Shown here: piece after piece, positions 62,620 through 64,000 of the stretch
How the letters are laid out: each line of letters begins with the position of its first letter
Numbering within the stretch: the stretch's first letter is position 1
NCBI GenBank assembly: GCA_905178155.1
Contig: CAJINV010000022.1
Coordinates: forward strand, 248,001-312,000
Reading direction: 5' to 3'
DNA from: Amoebophrya sp. A120
Lineage: Eukaryota; Protista; Dinoflagellata
Length of the DNA: 64,000 nucleotides
The notes under the pieces: model-generated
What the model was told of the DNA's origin: nothing
The model's input: only the letters and a program-made list of their open reading frames with translations
Database searches by the model: none
Position numbers and translations under genes: made by a program

Positions 62620-64000
62620 GGGCCTCAGGCCCCCCCTCAGGCCCCCCCTTAGGCCCCCCCTCAGGCCCCCCCTCGACCCCTAAGGCCCCCCCTGAGGCCC
62701 CCCCTCAGGCCCCCCATGAGGCCAAAAAAGGCCCCCCCTAAGGCCCCCCCTGAGGCCCCCCCTGGGGCCCCCCCTTTTGCCCAAAGGGGGGGGGTTAGGC
62801 CCCCCCTTAGGCCCCCCCTTTTTTTCGTGTTCGCAGACGCCCAGAGCCAAAAAAGGCCCCCCCTAAGGCCCCCCCTGAGGCCCCCCCTAAGGCCCCCCCT
62901 GATGCCCAAGGGGGGTGGGTTGGGTCCCCCCCTTAGGCCCCCTCTTTTTTTCGCGAGCGTTCGCAGACGTCTGGCACAGAACATAAAGCCAGGCAGATCA
63001 TCGCCGACCATTTCTTTGACGCAGGCAGCGACCGAACAATCCCGGGCGGCGCCACGCGCTGTCTACCTTGGCTGGTCCGCCGGTTCTCATTCTGATTGCG
63101 GGCGGGGCCGCTTTGGTTTTGGACACAATAAACAAAGTCACGAAGTGAGTCCTTGGCTTTGGCTTCATATTTTGGCTACCGCCCCGGCTTTGTCCTTTGA
63201 TTTTAATTACTGGCGGGGCCGCTTCGGAATGCATGACACGCATGCCCTGTAGCCCTCCTGGACAATGCTATGCGCTGCGCAGTCGAAGGCGCCGGCAAGG
63301 CTCTTCGGAATGCTTTTCGTTTTCTACCGAAAAGCCGAACGGGATACGAGGCCCTTCCTGAGGCCCCTCTAAGACCCCCCCTTTGGCCAGTCCGGAAGGG
63401 CCCTCGCTCCCTCGGGCGTTCTGCCCTGACGGTTTGCTTGCTTTGCTTGGAGGCCCGCTAAGCGAGCCCCGGCGCCGGCAAATGCCCGAGCCTGAGGCCC
63501 CCCGGAAGGCCCCCCCGCTGGAACAGGAGCCCTGAGGCCCCCCGGAGGCCGCCCCGGAGGCCCCCCCCGGCAGAGGCCCCCCCGGAGGCCCCCCCTTTGG
63601 TCAGCCCGGAGGGGCCCTCCTGTCTTCTGCCCTGAAGCTTTGCTTGCTTTGCGTGAAGGCCCGCCGGGCGAGCCCCGGCGCCGGCCAATGCCCGAGCCTG
63701 TGGCCCTATTCATTGACAGCCCTGAGGCATCCCTGCGGCCCCCCCTACGGCCCCCCCCAATGGCCCCCCCTAAGGCCCCCCCTTTGGCCAGCCCGGAAGG
63801 GCCCTCGCTCCCTTGGGCCTTCTGCCCTGAAGTTTTGCTTGCTTTGCTTGAAGGCCTGCCAAGCGAGCCCCGGCGCCGGCACTCACATGCCCGAGCCGGA
63901 GGCCCCCCGCAAAGCCCCCCCGAACAGAAGCCCTGGGCCCCCCCCATGGCCGCCCCGGGGGCCCCCCCCCGAAGGCCCCCCCTGTGGTCAGCCCGGGAGG
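62620..64000. repeat. C-run minisatellite element (12-bp GGCCCCCCCT(A/C/G)A units with larger higher-order repeats)
   Basis: Dense arrays at 62620-62945 and 63350-64000; TTCTGCCCTGA..TTTGCTTGCTTTGC..GCGAGCCCCGGCGCCGGCA occurs three times, about 200 bp apart. Confidence 0.85.

Noticed and set aside
62661-63947. Pro/Gly-rich ORFs
   Set aside because: They are artefacts of the C-run minisatellite.
1-64000. rRNA, tRNA or snRNA genes
   Set aside because: None recognised by eye; a covariance-model scan would be needed to exclude them.

Overview
Eukaryotic (not prokaryotic) DNA dominated by short intron-like transposons (introners). Each starts TA(T/C), ends (A/G)TA, has family-specific terminal inverted repeats (TIRs) and is flanked by a 5-bp target-site duplication (TSD). 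Removing each element plus one TSD copy by hand restores open frames for three + strand genes. The first is a giant gene at 13919-43501 (57 introners, 2 GT-AG introns, about 5,017 aa) with six repeats of paired PDZ-like domains and a C-terminal coiled coil. The other two are low-complexity genes at about 45320-53717 and 54849-58867 (8 introners each). A RING-finger gene with older, decayed introners lies at about 5756-8339. This architecture resembles the non-canonical introner elements reported for the parasitic dinoflagellate Amoebophrya (Syndiniales); the taxon is my inference. The most interesting details are: (1) about 15 families with different TIRs share one internal motif (TTGTNATGC/GCATNACAA) and occur in both orientations; (2) an 895-bp long-TIR element obeys the same end and TSD rule; (3) one introner (1513-5700) holds about 3.9 kb of cargo between repeated copies of a single site, including DNA copies of the downstream gene and a 930-bp palindrome; (4) a 408-bp element with a 14-bp TSD is nested in an introner; (5) two satellite arrays lie near the right end. 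All coordinates were counted by eye and there is no transcript evidence. Family letters A-O are my own labels.
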